Position numbers and translations under genes: made by a program | Shown: one piece after another, positions 1 to 9,865 of the stretch | How the letters are laid out: each line of letters starts with the position of its first letter | Position numbering within the stretch: the stretch's first letter is position 1 | Virus record (IMG/VR): IMGVR_UViG_3300023174_000100 | Coordinates: 34,623 to 98,622 of that record | Direction: 5' to 3' (one strand) | DNA length: 64,000 nt | DNA from: a virus | The notes under the pieces: generated by a model | What the model was told of the DNA's origin: nothing | Databases searched by the model: none | The model's input: the letters and a program-made list of their open reading frames with translations, nothing else

Positions 1-1
1 A

Positions 2-166
2 AGAAAAGATTTTTATGATAAGCTTTTTTCTAGAGAAGAAATTAGAAAAGACATTTTAGCTAATATATCGGAATACTATATTACTACTTATGTGAATAGA
101 AATGTAGCAGACGAAGGAGATTCTACACCTTTTGTTCACATAGAAGAATCAGGAGATGACTATTGA
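2..166 (+). CDS. 3' end of an upstream gene (partial), acidic C-terminus
   Basis: Open frame RKDFYDKLF...EESGDDY* whose stop overlaps the start of the next gene. Confidence 0.5.
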   Translation, partial: RKDFYDKLFSREEIRKDILANISEYYITTYVNRNVADEGDSTPFVHIEESGDDY

Positions 167-1178
167 TGTATCAAAATTATTAGATAATCATAGGTTTTTA
201 TCTAATGAAAAAACAGTTCTTATAATAGATGGTACAAACTTGTTTGTTAGATGTTTTTGCGCTTATCCTACTTTAAATACTGACGGACATACTATTGGAG
301 GTGCCTTTGGATTTATAGAAACTATGTTTTCTTTTGTTAAAACTTATAATATAAACAAAGTAATAATAGTCTTTGATGGTCAAGGAGGATCAGTAAGAAG
401 AAGAAAAATGTATAAAGGCTATAAATCCGGAAAACATAAAGGTTTAAAACTAAATAGACTAGTAGAAAATAAATCGGAAAGTACTGATAAGGAGTCTGAC
501 AGACAAATAAGAAGACTTATTGAGTATTTAAACAGCTTACCACTAGTTCAATTAATCATGGACGGAGTAGAAGCAGATGATGTAATTTCTATCCTAGTAA
601 AGTCTTCCGAACTAGAAGATTATAAGTATAAATTTATAATGTCTTCGGATAAAGATTACCTCCAACTAGTATCAGAAAACATACAAGTTTATAACCCAAC
701 AAAAAAAATACTATATTCTCCAAAAAAAGTTGTGGAAGAATTTGGAGTTATACCGGAAAACTTCGTATATTACAAAGCTTTTATAGGAGACCGTAGTGAT
801 AATATTCCTAGCTTTGGATCAGTGGGAGAAAAGTATATTGTTAAGTTTTTTCCTGAAATACAAAAAGGTAAGATAGATAATATAGATTTCTTTTATAGAA
901 GAGCCAAGGATTTGATTTCAGAAGGTAAAAAATATAAAGGACTTGATAATATTATAAATGATTTCAACAAGCTAGAATTGAATTATAAATTGATTCAATT
1001 ACATGATGTTAATATATCTTATCATACTAAAAGTGCTATAAGTAGAATACTTAGAGAATTTGTACCTATAAGCCATGATTATGAATTTAGAGAAATGTTT
1101 TCTTTCGACGGACTTTATTCTAAAATAGATAATTTTGATTCTTGGTATAGGAATTTTGTAAACAGATTAAAATCATAA
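156..1178 (+). CDS. 5'-3' exonuclease / flap endonuclease (T4 RNase H, T5 D15, PolI N-terminal-like)
   Basis: Motifs IIDGTNL, VFDG, EADDVI, SSDKDYLQL, GDRSDNIP. Confidence 0.93.
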   Translation: MTIDVSKLLDNHRFLSNEKTVLIIDGTNLFVRCFCAYPTLNTDGHTIGGAFGFIETMFSFVKTYNINKVIIVFDGQGGSVRRRKMYKGYKSGKHKGLKLNRLVENKSESTDKESDRQIRRLIEYLNSLPLVQLIMDGVEADDVISILVKSSELEDYKYKFIMSSDKDYLQLVSENIQVYNPTKKILYSPKKVVEEFGVIPENFVYYKAFIGDRSDNIPSFGSVGEKYIVKFFPEIQKGKIDNIDFFYRRAKDLISEGKKYKGLDNIINDFNKLELNYKLIQLHDVNISYHTKSAISRILREFVPISHDYEFREMFSFDGLYSKIDNFDSWYRNFVNRLKS

Positions 1179-1180
1179 TA

Positions 1181-2545
1181 ATGACAGCTAATTTATTAAA
1201 TTCTTTTGGCTCCGATTTCCAAAAGAAAGTTTTGTACAATTTACTTAATGACGAGTTATTTTTTACTCGTATAATTGACATCTTAGATCCTAATTATTTC
1301 GAGAACGAGTCGATGTCTTGGATAATTGAAAAGATGCACTCCTATTATGAAACCTATAAACTCCAGCCTACCGTAGATGTTTTGAAAGTTAATATTAAAG
1401 AACTAGCAAACAAAGACGACAACGATTCTCAATCGGAGAGAAATAAAATTTTTGCGCAAAGTATCTTTATATTTTTAAAATCTTCGTTAGAGTTAGGAGA
1501 CGCTAAAGATTTACAGCATGTTAAAGATAAAATTGTAGAGTTTTGCAGAAATAGAGAATACGTTAAGGCATTGAGAAATGCCGTAGACTTAGTAAAAAAT
1601 AATGATTTTGACGCCGCTTTCTCTGCTATTAACAAAGCCCACAATGCTGGTTCAGAACTAGATTTAGGCTATATGTATGAGGATACACTAGAAAATAGAT
1701 ACACAGAGGACGACAGAAATCCAATACCTACTCCATGGCCTGTATTAAATTCATATATGAGAGGCGGATTATCTTTTGGAGAATTAGGTGTTGTTTTATG
1801 CCCGCCGAAAGGAGGAAAATCCTGGTTATTAATTTCTCTAGCTGCGCATGCAATGGAGTTAGGAGTTAATGTCATCTATTATACGATGGAATTATACCCT
1901 ACTCAGATATCTAAAAGGATTGATGCTTACATTACGGACATTTCTTTAGATAAATTAAATCAAGAAAACATGCCTCTTATAGAAAAAAAGATGTCTGATA
2001 TCCCAGGAAAGCTTATTATAAAAAAATTTGGGGCTTACAAAGCATCTACTATGACTATTAGGGGACATTTAGACCAATGTAATCATCAAGGAATTTCGCC
2101 GGGACTAATCATTATAGATGACCCTAAATTACTAAAATCAACTAAAACAGAAAAAAGATTTGCATTAGATGAAATCTTTACAGACATTAGAAATATTGCA
2201 GATGAATATAAAGTTCCAGCATGGGTTCCATCTCAAGCAAACAGAACATCAGAATCAGCTAAAATTGTAAATGGAGAACACATTGCAGAATCATATAATG
2301 TTCTCATGGTATGTGATTTCATGTTTTCATTATCAAGAAAAAACATTTATCACATTGTAGCATCAAGATTAGGAGAATTAGGATTATCATTCGAAGGATT
2401 ATTAGATACACAATGCGGTAAACATCAAATAAATAATATCATGTCAGATGATGATGATAGAGGTCCTGCTCCAAAAAATTCAAGTGCTTTTGATCCGGCA
2501 GAAGTCGATAGATTTTTTAAAGAATACGAAGAAATTTCAAATTAA
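1181..2545 (+). CDS. DnaB-like (SF4) replicative helicase
   Basis: Walker A PPKGGKS, YYTMEL, SQANR motif, N-terminal helical domain; located in the replication block. Confidence 0.88.
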   Translation: MTANLLNSFGSDFQKKVLYNLLNDELFFTRIIDILDPNYFENESMSWIIEKMHSYYETYKLQPTVDVLKVNIKELANKDDNDSQSERNKIFAQSIFIFLKSSLELGDAKDLQHVKDKIVEFCRNREYVKALRNAVDLVKNNDFDAAFSAINKAHNAGSELDLGYMYEDTLENRYTEDDRNPIPTPWPVLNSYMRGGLSFGELGVVLCPPKGGKSWLLISLAAHAMELGVNVIYYTMELYPTQISKRIDAYITDISLDKLNQENMPLIEKKMSDIPGKLIIKKFGAYKASTMTIRGHLDQCNHQGISPGLIIIDDPKLLKSTKTEKRFALDEIFTDIRNIADEYKVPAWVPSQANRTSESAKIVNGEHIAESYNVLMVCDFMFSLSRKNIYHIVASRLGELGLSFEGLLDTQCGKHQINNIMSDDDDRGPAPKNSSAFDPAEVDRFFKEYEEISN

Positions 2546-2612
2546 TAACTCCACTACTTGAGTACTTATTTTTACTCAATCATATTTCAATAAAATTCAT
2601 AACTTCAACAAC

Positions 2613-3578
2613 ATGCCTTTATTAAAAGAAAGACTGCATTTCAAACCATTTGAGTATCAATGGGCTTATGATTATTGGTTTAAACAACAAAATGCCCACT
2701 GGTTGCATACAGAAATTAATATGCAAAAAGACATCAAAGATTGGGATGAAAATCTTAATCCATCTGAAAAAAATGTCATTGGTAACATCTTAAAAGGATT
2801 TGCCCAAACTGAAACACATGTAAATGACTATTGGTCTCAATATGTTACTACATGGTTTCCCGTTCCTGAAATTAAGATGATGGCAGTAACATTTGGAGCA
2901 TTTGAAACAATACATGCTACAGCTTATTCATATTTAAATGATACTTTAGGTTTAGATGATTTTCAAGCATTCCTGCAAGATGAGGCAACAATGAATAAAT
3001 TGCAAGTTCTTATTGATGTAGATAAAAATGATACATCTATATCTAACATTGCAAGAAGTTTAGCATTATTTTCTGCATGCGCCGAAGGTATTCAATTATT
3101 TAGTTCTTTTGCAGTCCTCCTCTCATTTAGAAAATCAAACAGACTAAAAGGTATTGGACAACAAATGATATTTTCTGTAAGAGATGAAAGTTTACATAGC
3201 GAAGCTGGATGTAGATTGTTTAGAGAATTGATTGCTGAAAATCCTGAAATATGGACGCCGGAATTTAAAAATAGTATTATGCAGGGCATTCATTTGTCCT
3301 TAATTAATGAGTTTGCGTACATAGAGAGTATTTTTGAAATGGGAGAATTAGAGACTTTATCAAAACACAATCTCAAGAATTTTATGTATGATAGAGCCAA
3401 TAGAAAATTAATTGAATTAGGACTAAAACCAGTATATAAAGTAGACCAAAAATCAATAGATGATATGTCTTGGTTTTACATAATGGTTTCTGGTGAACAA
3501 CAAACAGACTTCTTCGATAATAGAGAAACCGGATACGCTAAACCTAATGAAGATTGGAACAGCGATGACTTATTTTAA
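2613..3578 (+). CDS. nrdB: Ribonucleotide reductase class I, beta subunit
   Basis: Ferritin-like metal ligands ETIH, EGIQLFSSF, RDESLH; C-terminal DFF. Confidence 0.95.
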   Translation: MPLLKERLHFKPFEYQWAYDYWFKQQNAHWLHTEINMQKDIKDWDENLNPSEKNVIGNILKGFAQTETHVNDYWSQYVTTWFPVPEIKMMAVTFGAFETIHATAYSYLNDTLGLDDFQAFLQDEATMNKLQVLIDVDKNDTSISNIARSLALFSACAEGIQLFSSFAVLLSFRKSNRLKGIGQQMIFSVRDESLHSEAGCRLFRELIAENPEIWTPEFKNSIMQGIHLSLINEFAYIESIFEMGELETLSKHNLKNFMYDRANRKLIELGLKPVYKVDQKSIDDMSWFYIMVSGEQQTDFFDNRETGYAKPNEDWNSDDLF

Positions 3579-3587
3579 ATTATAAAA

Positions 3588-5312
3588 ATGAACGAATTAC
3601 ACGACTTAGCAAAAAAACAGGGATGGACAATAAATGACATACCTGAGTGGGGTAATAATAGCCTCTACCTAACAACTATACTAGGAGGATATTTACAAAA
3701 TAAAGAAACTCCTAAAAATGCGTATATCAGGTTAGCTATTACAGCCGCAAAGTACTTAAACAAACCTGAACTTTTTTCTAAATTTTTTGAAATACTTTGG
3801 AATGGATGGCTGATACCATCTACTCCGGTAATGAGTAATTTTGGAACTAACAGGGGATTACCTATATCATGTTTTGGCGGATATGTGGGTGATTCCATGT
3901 ACGATATATACAGAAAAAATCTTGAAATGGCTATACTATCTAAACACGGTGGAGGTACTGCATATGATTTTTCTGAAATTAGACCTAAAGGAGCATTAAT
4001 AAAAGACGGATCAAATGGAACTACTGATGGAATTATACCTTTTATAAAATCTTTTGATTCTACTATTATAGCATCTAAACAAGGTAAAATGAGAAGAGGT
4101 GCTGTAGCTGTGTATTTATCCGCAAATCACTCGGAGTTTTCTGACTTCTTAAAAATAAGAGAACCAAAAGGGGATATTAATAGACAATGTCATAATATTC
4201 ATATGGGAGCAAAATTCTCTAATGATTTTATGGAGGAAGTTATTAATAAAAATGGTAGCAAAAGAGAGTTGTGGTTAGAGCATATAAAAACTAGAGTTAA
4301 AACTGGAGAGCCATATACATTTTTTGTGGATAATGCTAATGCAAATCTTAAAAGTACATTTTCCGCATATAATTTAAAGGTAAGACACAGTCAATTATGC
4401 GCGGAAATAATGTTACCTTCTGATGAAAATCACACTTTTGTATGTTGCCTATCTTCTATGAATTTATATAAATGGGATGAATGGTCAAAAACAGATGCAG
4501 TATATTATGCCACTATATTCTTAGATGCAGTAATCTCTGAGTTTTTAGAAAAAGCTAAACATATACAAGGAATTGAAGACTCTATAAGATTTGCCGAAAA
4601 ATCTAGAGCTTTAGGATTAGGGGCATTAGGATGGGCTTCACTTTTACAAAAAATGAGAATACCTTTCGTGGGAATACAGGCAACTTCTTTAACCAGGGTT
4701 ATTTTTAGTCATATAAAGGAAAAATCAGATAAAGCTTCTATGTGGATGGCTAAAGAGTTTGGCGAACCTGCCTGGTGTGAGAAGAGCGGGTATAGAAATT
4801 TAACTTGTATAGCTGTAGCCCCCAATAGAAGTTCATCTAAATTGGCCGGAGGAATGTCTCAAGGAATTGAACCATTTGCCGCCAATTTGTATATGGATGA
4901 TGATGCAAAAGGAGCTCACCTAAGAAGAAATCCCGATTTAGAAAAATTACTAGACGAAAAAGGACTTAATACCCCTCAAATATGGGATATTATTGCGGAA
5001 GATAAAGGTTCTGTTAGAAATATAGATGGTTTAACAGATGAAGAAAAAGAAGTATTTAGAACATTTAAGGAAATAAATCAATTAGAGTTGGTTAGACAAG
5101 CAGCAATTAGGCAAGAATATATTGATCAAGGACAGTCTATAAATCTAGCTTTCTTTCATGATGCACCTGCAAAATGGATAAATCAAGTTCATATCGAAGC
5201 CTGGAAATTAGGAATTAAATCTTTGTATTATTTAAGATCTGAGAGCAATCTAAGAGCCGATAGTAAACAACAGAGAGATTTGTATTCCGAGTGTATTGTC
5301 TGTGAAGGTTAA
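3588..5312 (+). CDS. nrdA: Ribonucleotide reductase class I, alpha subunit (no ATP cone)
   Basis: PISCF, GGGTA, SQLCAEI, APNRSSS, DQGQSINL, KSLYYLR, C-terminal CIVCEG. Confidence 0.95.
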   Translation: MNELHDLAKKQGWTINDIPEWGNNSLYLTTILGGYLQNKETPKNAYIRLAITAAKYLNKPELFSKFFEILWNGWLIPSTPVMSNFGTNRGLPISCFGGYVGDSMYDIYRKNLEMAILSKHGGGTAYDFSEIRPKGALIKDGSNGTTDGIIPFIKSFDSTIIASKQGKMRRGAVAVYLSANHSEFSDFLKIREPKGDINRQCHNIHMGAKFSNDFMEEVINKNGSKRELWLEHIKTRVKTGEPYTFFVDNANANLKSTFSAYNLKVRHSQLCAEIMLPSDENHTFVCCLSSMNLYKWDEWSKTDAVYYATIFLDAVISEFLEKAKHIQGIEDSIRFAEKSRALGLGALGWASLLQKMRIPFVGIQATSLTRVIFSHIKEKSDKASMWMAKEFGEPAWCEKSGYRNLTCIAVAPNRSSSKLAGGMSQGIEPFAANLYMDDDAKGAHLRRNPDLEKLLDEKGLNTPQIWDIIAEDKGSVRNIDGLTDEEKEVFRTFKEINQLELVRQAAIRQEYIDQGQSINLAFFHDAPAKWINQVHIEAWKLGIKSLYYLRSESNLRADSKQQRDLYSECIVCEG

Positions 5313-5371
5313 TTTTTATTTTATATCATATAATAAACAAGAGGTATTTAAGTTGTTGAAAGTTTTTTTGC

Positions 5372-5399
5372 GAGGAGGCATAAAAGCCTCCTCTTTTTA
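5372..5399 (+). terminator. Intrinsic terminator after the nrd genes
   Basis: GAGGAGGC-ATAAAA-GCCTCCTC followed by a T run. Confidence 0.8.
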
Positions 5400-5446
5400 T
5401 AAAACTTTATTATTATTTATTGGTTTTATCGTAAAATAACTATACC

Positions 5447-5743
5447 ATGATTGATTATAAACAAGTAAAAGAAAATTCTTCTCCTGAAGAAGAAATAAAA
5501 AAAATTTTTAAAAACTTAGAAAATCTTGTCTTATATAAAGACTCTAAGTATAATGGAGCCGCAGACTCTCCCTTAAATATATTTACTGATAAGCATAAAT
5601 TTGGATACAGAGCCGATGATAAATTGAAAAGGATACAAAACTCTGAGGAATTAAGAAAAAATGATGTAGTCGATTTGATAGGATATTTAATATTAATTTT
5701 AAGAGATAAGAAGTGGACTGATTTTGATGATTTGAAAGATTAA
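5447..5743 (+). CDS. DUF1599 / nucleotide-modification-associated (MazG-like) small protein
   Basis: Pattern KxxKY...R.DDKL.RI...DVVDLIGYLIL. Confidence 0.6.
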   Translation: MIDYKQVKENSSPEEEIKKIFKNLENLVLYKDSKYNGAADSPLNIFTDKHKFGYRADDKLKRIQNSEELRKNDVVDLIGYLILILRDKKWTDFDDLKD

Positions 5744-5752
5744 AATAATTTC

Positions 5753-6217
5753 ATGAAAGTATGCATTAGCTGTGGAATAGAGAAGGAAGAGAATGATTTT
5801 CATCAATCCGGAAATGGTAGAAGAAGACGTACATGTAAAAAATGTCATAATAAAAATTGGAAGTATTGCTTATTAGGTAACTTATCTAGCAAAGAATCTC
5901 TTCCACCTTCTACTCTTGTAAAAGGTGTAAGAAAACCTAGAAAACCTAAAGATAAAAGAGTTGACATGAAATTTTTAGAATCATTAAAAGATAAACAGAA
6001 TGGTCTTTGTTATTGGCTAAATATACCTTTAGATTTTACTATGAAGGATAAGTTAAGAAAGCCTAGTATAGATAGATTAGACAATTCTAGGGGGTATGAT
6101 GCGGATAATATTGTATTGACTACTGTTTTTGCTAACACAGGAAGAAGGGATGCATCTGTAGAAGAGATGAAATCTTTTTTGGATAATTATATATTTTTTC
6201 AAAAAATTGATTTTTAA
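5753..6217 (+). CDS. HNH-like homing endonuclease with N-terminal zinc finger
   Basis: CxxC...CxxC, CYW, SIDRLDNSRGY..DNIV. Confidence 0.75.
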   Translation: MKVCISCGIEKEENDFHQSGNGRRRRTCKKCHNKNWKYCLLGNLSSKESLPPSTLVKGVRKPRKPKDKRVDMKFLESLKDKQNGLCYWLNIPLDFTMKDKLRKPSIDRLDNSRGYDADNIVLTTVFANTGRRDASVEEMKSFLDNYIFFQKIDF

Positions 6218-6228
6218 TTATATAGGTT

Positions 6229-8586
6229 ATGATAATAACAAAAAATTATACTACTTGTAATACTATAGATAAAATAAAGGAATTATCTAACATGATTGAT
6301 TCTTATGACATAATAAGCTTTGACGTAGAATCAACAGGCTTAAATGTTAGAAAAGATATAATAGTAGGATTATCTTTTGGATTTAAACCCGGGCTTTCTT
6401 ATTATTTACCTACTTACGAATGGTCTGTAGAAAAACAAGAGCTTTTAAATCTTTCTATAGAATCTTACAATAATATAAAATTAGCTATCGGATTAGTTAA
6501 GAAATTGATAGGTAAAAAATTAATAATGCATAATGCTTCTTATGATACATCTATTGTATTAAGTAATTATGAAATAGATTTATTACCTTCTTTACATGCT
6601 GATACTATTTTATTAGTTCATACAACTAGAGAAGAAGGATCTGTGGGACTAGGAAGACCCTTTGCTTTAAAATCAATAGGCAAGATGGTTCAAAAACACA
6701 TTTTTTTAGACGTAGATAAGGAAGCAAACGAAGAGCAAATCTTAATGAAAGAATCTGTAAAAAGAAATGGAGGTCAAATAACACAAGATAATTTTGAGAT
6801 TTATAAAGCAGATTTAGATATTTTAGCTAAATATGCCTGCGCAGATACTGATTTAACTATGCGTATTTTTATGTTATTTTCTAAAATTTTAAAAGAGGAA
6901 GATTTAGAGGACTTTTTCTATAACATAGAAGTAATGCCTTTGTATAAAGAAGTAACAGTTCCCATGGAAAGGGAGGGTATTTTGATGGACATAAAAAAAA
7001 TAAAAGAAGCCCAGAAAGATATATTAGATGATATAAATCAAATAAAGCAAGAAGTCTATACATCTTTAAGACAATCTTCGGATTTTAAACGATGGGTATA
7101 TTTTACAGCTACTAGTAAATACCCTAGTTTTAAAGAAAAAGAAAACTACCTTATTCCCTCAAAAGGACCTTTGCTGATGGAGTTAATTAATTTATATGGA
7201 TTAATAAGTCATTTTACAAATGACAAAGGAGAAATTAAAATACTTAAAAAATCAGTGCTGTCTCTACCTGATTCAGAAATAAAAAAATATCTCTTAGGAG
7301 AATCTTTTACGAATTCTGAAATATCAAATGAATTGAAAAAAAATTTATCTTTTTGTGCAGTAAATCTTTGGAAAAAATTAAATGATAATGAGCTTATAAA
7401 TATAAATTCTAAGCAGCAATTAGGCTCTTTTGTTTTTGACTTTCTTAAAGAAAAACCCATAACTTATACAGATAAAGGAGCACCTCAATTTAACGAAAGT
7501 TTTTTAGAGACACTTGAAGATAAATATGAGTGGAGTAAAAAGTTAACTACCTATAATAAGCTGACAAAGTTAAAATCAGCTTATATGGATAGATTCTTAG
7601 ATAACTGTGAAAATGACCGATATTACTTTTACTATCAGCAACATGGTACAGTTTCGGGGAGATATAGCAGTGACGCTCAGCAACTTCCAAGACCATTTGA
7701 ATCTAATCAAGGGGTAGACCCTAGAGTATATAAATATACTAATATGATTAGAACATTTTTTATATGTGACAAAAATACTGTTTTTATTGACTGTGATTAT
7801 GTAAGTCTAGAACCTCATATATTTGCTCATATAAGCGGAGATGAAGGGTTGCGAGAAATATTTAGGAAAAATTGGGATTTTTATTCTCGTATTGCTATAG
7901 ATACGGAAAAATTAACTCAATACTCTGCTGATCCGGAGGATAATAATTTCCTAAAGAAGGCCAATAAAACTATTAGGAATAAAGCAAAAAGTTATTCTTT
8001 AGGTATTCCTTATGGTATGTCCGCCTATGCTTTAAGTAAAACAATTGATGTTTCTGTAAAAGAAGCTAAGATATTAATTGATGGGTATTTAAATGCATAT
8101 CCTGAATTAAAAAAATGGATGATTGAGAGTGAAGATTTTGTAAAAAATAACGGATTTATAAAATGTCAATCTGGTAGAATAAGACATTTGCCTAAAGTTA
8201 AATTTTATTATAAAAAATATCAGGATAAACTTTTAGACTATGACTTTAGAGAAAGTTTAAAAAGAGAGTATGGAGAAAAAGAAGTTCTTGATATGTATAG
8301 AGATTATAAGAATGGTTTAAATAATGCTAAAAATATTCAAATACAATCCATGGCAGCTCATATTGTCAATAAATCAGCTCTTTTTATAAATAGAGAGTTT
8401 ATAAAAAGAGGAATAAAAGGACTAGTAGTAGCTCAAATTCACGACCAATTAATTTTTAAAGTTGAGGAAAATAGAAAAGAGGATGCGCTAAATATTGTTC
8501 AAGACATAATGGAGAACTCAACAAAACTAAGCATTGCGCTAAAAGCCCCTCCAGAAATATCTAAAAATTGGCAAGAAGGACATTAA
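6229..8586 (+). CDS. polA: DNA polymerase family A with 3'-5' exonuclease
   Basis: Exo motifs FDVES, HNASYD, YACAD; polymerase motifs DYVSLE, RNKAKSYSLGIPYG, IHDQL. Confidence 0.95.
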   Translation: MIITKNYTTCNTIDKIKELSNMIDSYDIISFDVESTGLNVRKDIIVGLSFGFKPGLSYYLPTYEWSVEKQELLNLSIESYNNIKLAIGLVKKLIGKKLIMHNASYDTSIVLSNYEIDLLPSLHADTILLVHTTREEGSVGLGRPFALKSIGKMVQKHIFLDVDKEANEEQILMKESVKRNGGQITQDNFEIYKADLDILAKYACADTDLTMRIFMLFSKILKEEDLEDFFYNIEVMPLYKEVTVPMEREGILMDIKKIKEAQKDILDDINQIKQEVYTSLRQSSDFKRWVYFTATSKYPSFKEKENYLIPSKGPLLMELINLYGLISHFTNDKGEIKILKKSVLSLPDSEIKKYLLGESFTNSEISNELKKNLSFCAVNLWKKLNDNELININSKQQLGSFVFDFLKEKPITYTDKGAPQFNESFLETLEDKYEWSKKLTTYNKLTKLKSAYMDRFLDNCENDRYYFYYQQHGTVSGRYSSDAQQLPRPFESNQGVDPRVYKYTNMIRTFFICDKNTVFIDCDYVSLEPHIFAHISGDEGLREIFRKNWDFYSRIAIDTEKLTQYSADPEDNNFLKKANKTIRNKAKSYSLGIPYGMSAYALSKTIDVSVKEAKILIDGYLNAYPELKKWMIESEDFVKNNGFIKCQSGRIRHLPKVKFYYKKYQDKLLDYDFRESLKREYGEKEVLDMYRDYKNGLNNAKNIQIQSMAAHIVNKSALFINREFIKRGIKGLVVAQIHDQLIFKVEENRKEDALNIVQDIMENSTKLSIALKAPPEISKNWQEGH

Positions 8587-8660
8587 ATAATTAATATATA
8601 ACTATTTATAGTAGAATAAAACTTTTTATAATTTTCTTTGTTTTTTACTAAAAATAATAT

Positions 8661-8882
8661 ATGAATATACCTCCTATAGAACCTCCAAAATTACAAATAA
8701 CTTCAGATCAATTAGATGGAATTTGTTGTAATTCTTGCGAATCAGAATATTTTAAACAAGTTATAATGCTTAAAAAAATTAGCAAATTATACACCGGAAC
8801 CACAAAAGATAAAATAGTAACTATTCCTGTTTTCATATGCGATTCTTGCGGGGATCCTATAGACATGGAAAAATTATCTTAA
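8661..8882 (+). CDS. Small zinc-ribbon protein
   Basis: Two CxxC pairs. Confidence 0.6.
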   Translation: MNIPPIEPPKLQITSDQLDGICCNSCESEYFKQVIMLKKISKLYTGTTKDKIVTIPVFICDSCGDPIDMEKLS

Positions 8883-8893
8883 CTCATCAATAA

Positions 8894-9859
8894 ATGGTTT
8901 TGGAACAAGTAAAGATAAAATTACAGGAGTCTATTGATTTTGCTAATAAAGTAAAAGAAATACCTCATAAACATGTTTCATTTTCTCAATTTTCTATGTA
9001 CAGTCAGTGTCCTAAAAAATGGTTTTTGAGTTATGTATTAAAGCTAGGTACTAGACCTCCTTCTATACACATGACTTTTGGGACTGCTTTCCACGAAGTT
9101 TTACAGGAATACTTAATCGAAAATCATAATAATAAATTTAAAAATAAAAATGAAATTGATTTTAGTATAGAATTAAAAAATAGAATAAAAGAAGTATATA
9201 AAAAAGATTTTACTAATTATGGCAAGCATTTTTCTACTAGCCTAGAACTGACGGAATTTTGGGAGCAAGGAGTTAGTATTTTAAATCATATAAGAAGTAG
9301 TCATAATTTATATTACAATAGAGATAATTGGTCTCTTTTGGGAGTAGAGGTTCCTCTGATGATAAAAATAATAGATTCCGAGGAGCCTCTTTATTTTATT
9401 TTGTTTATTGATTTACTTTTTTATGACAAAGAAAATAATAAATTAGTAATAGACGATATAAAAACTTCAGGAAAAGGATGGAGCTCTTATTCAAAAAAAG
9501 ACAAAATAAAAACATCTCAAGTATTGTTGTACAAAAGTTTTTTGGCTAAAAGTCTAAATATTGATAGTCAAGATATAGATTGTAGATTTACTATAGTGAG
9601 AAGAATAACAGATGGATACGATTTCCCTGTAAGCAGGGTTCAGATATTTAAACCTGCACAGTCAAAAAAGTCTGTAGAAAATTCTATAATCGAATTTAAA
9701 ACATTCATAAAAAAAGTTTTTGATAAGCAAGGAAATGCTAGACAAGATATCCTATATCCCGCTTTAACAGGAAATAATTGCTTTAATTGCAATTACTGTG
9801 AATTTAAAGATAGGTTTGACTTATGTCCAGAAGAAGCTAGAGATTATATAAACAAATAA
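8894..9859 (+). CDS. PD-(D/E)XK nuclease (RecB/Cas4-like exonuclease)
   Basis: SFSQ...CP, FGTAFH, IDLL...IDDIKT, C-terminal CxxC...C. Confidence 0.88.
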   Translation: MVLEQVKIKLQESIDFANKVKEIPHKHVSFSQFSMYSQCPKKWFLSYVLKLGTRPPSIHMTFGTAFHEVLQEYLIENHNNKFKNKNEIDFSIELKNRIKEVYKKDFTNYGKHFSTSLELTEFWEQGVSILNHIRSSHNLYYNRDNWSLLGVEVPLMIKIIDSEEPLYFILFIDLLFYDKENNKLVIDDIKTSGKGWSSYSKKDKIKTSQVLLYKSFLAKSLNIDSQDIDCRFTIVRRITDGYDFPVSRVQIFKPAQSKKSVENSIIEFKTFIKKVFDKQGNARQDILYPALTGNNCFNCNYCEFKDRFDLCPEEARDYINK

Positions 9860-9865
9860 TATATT

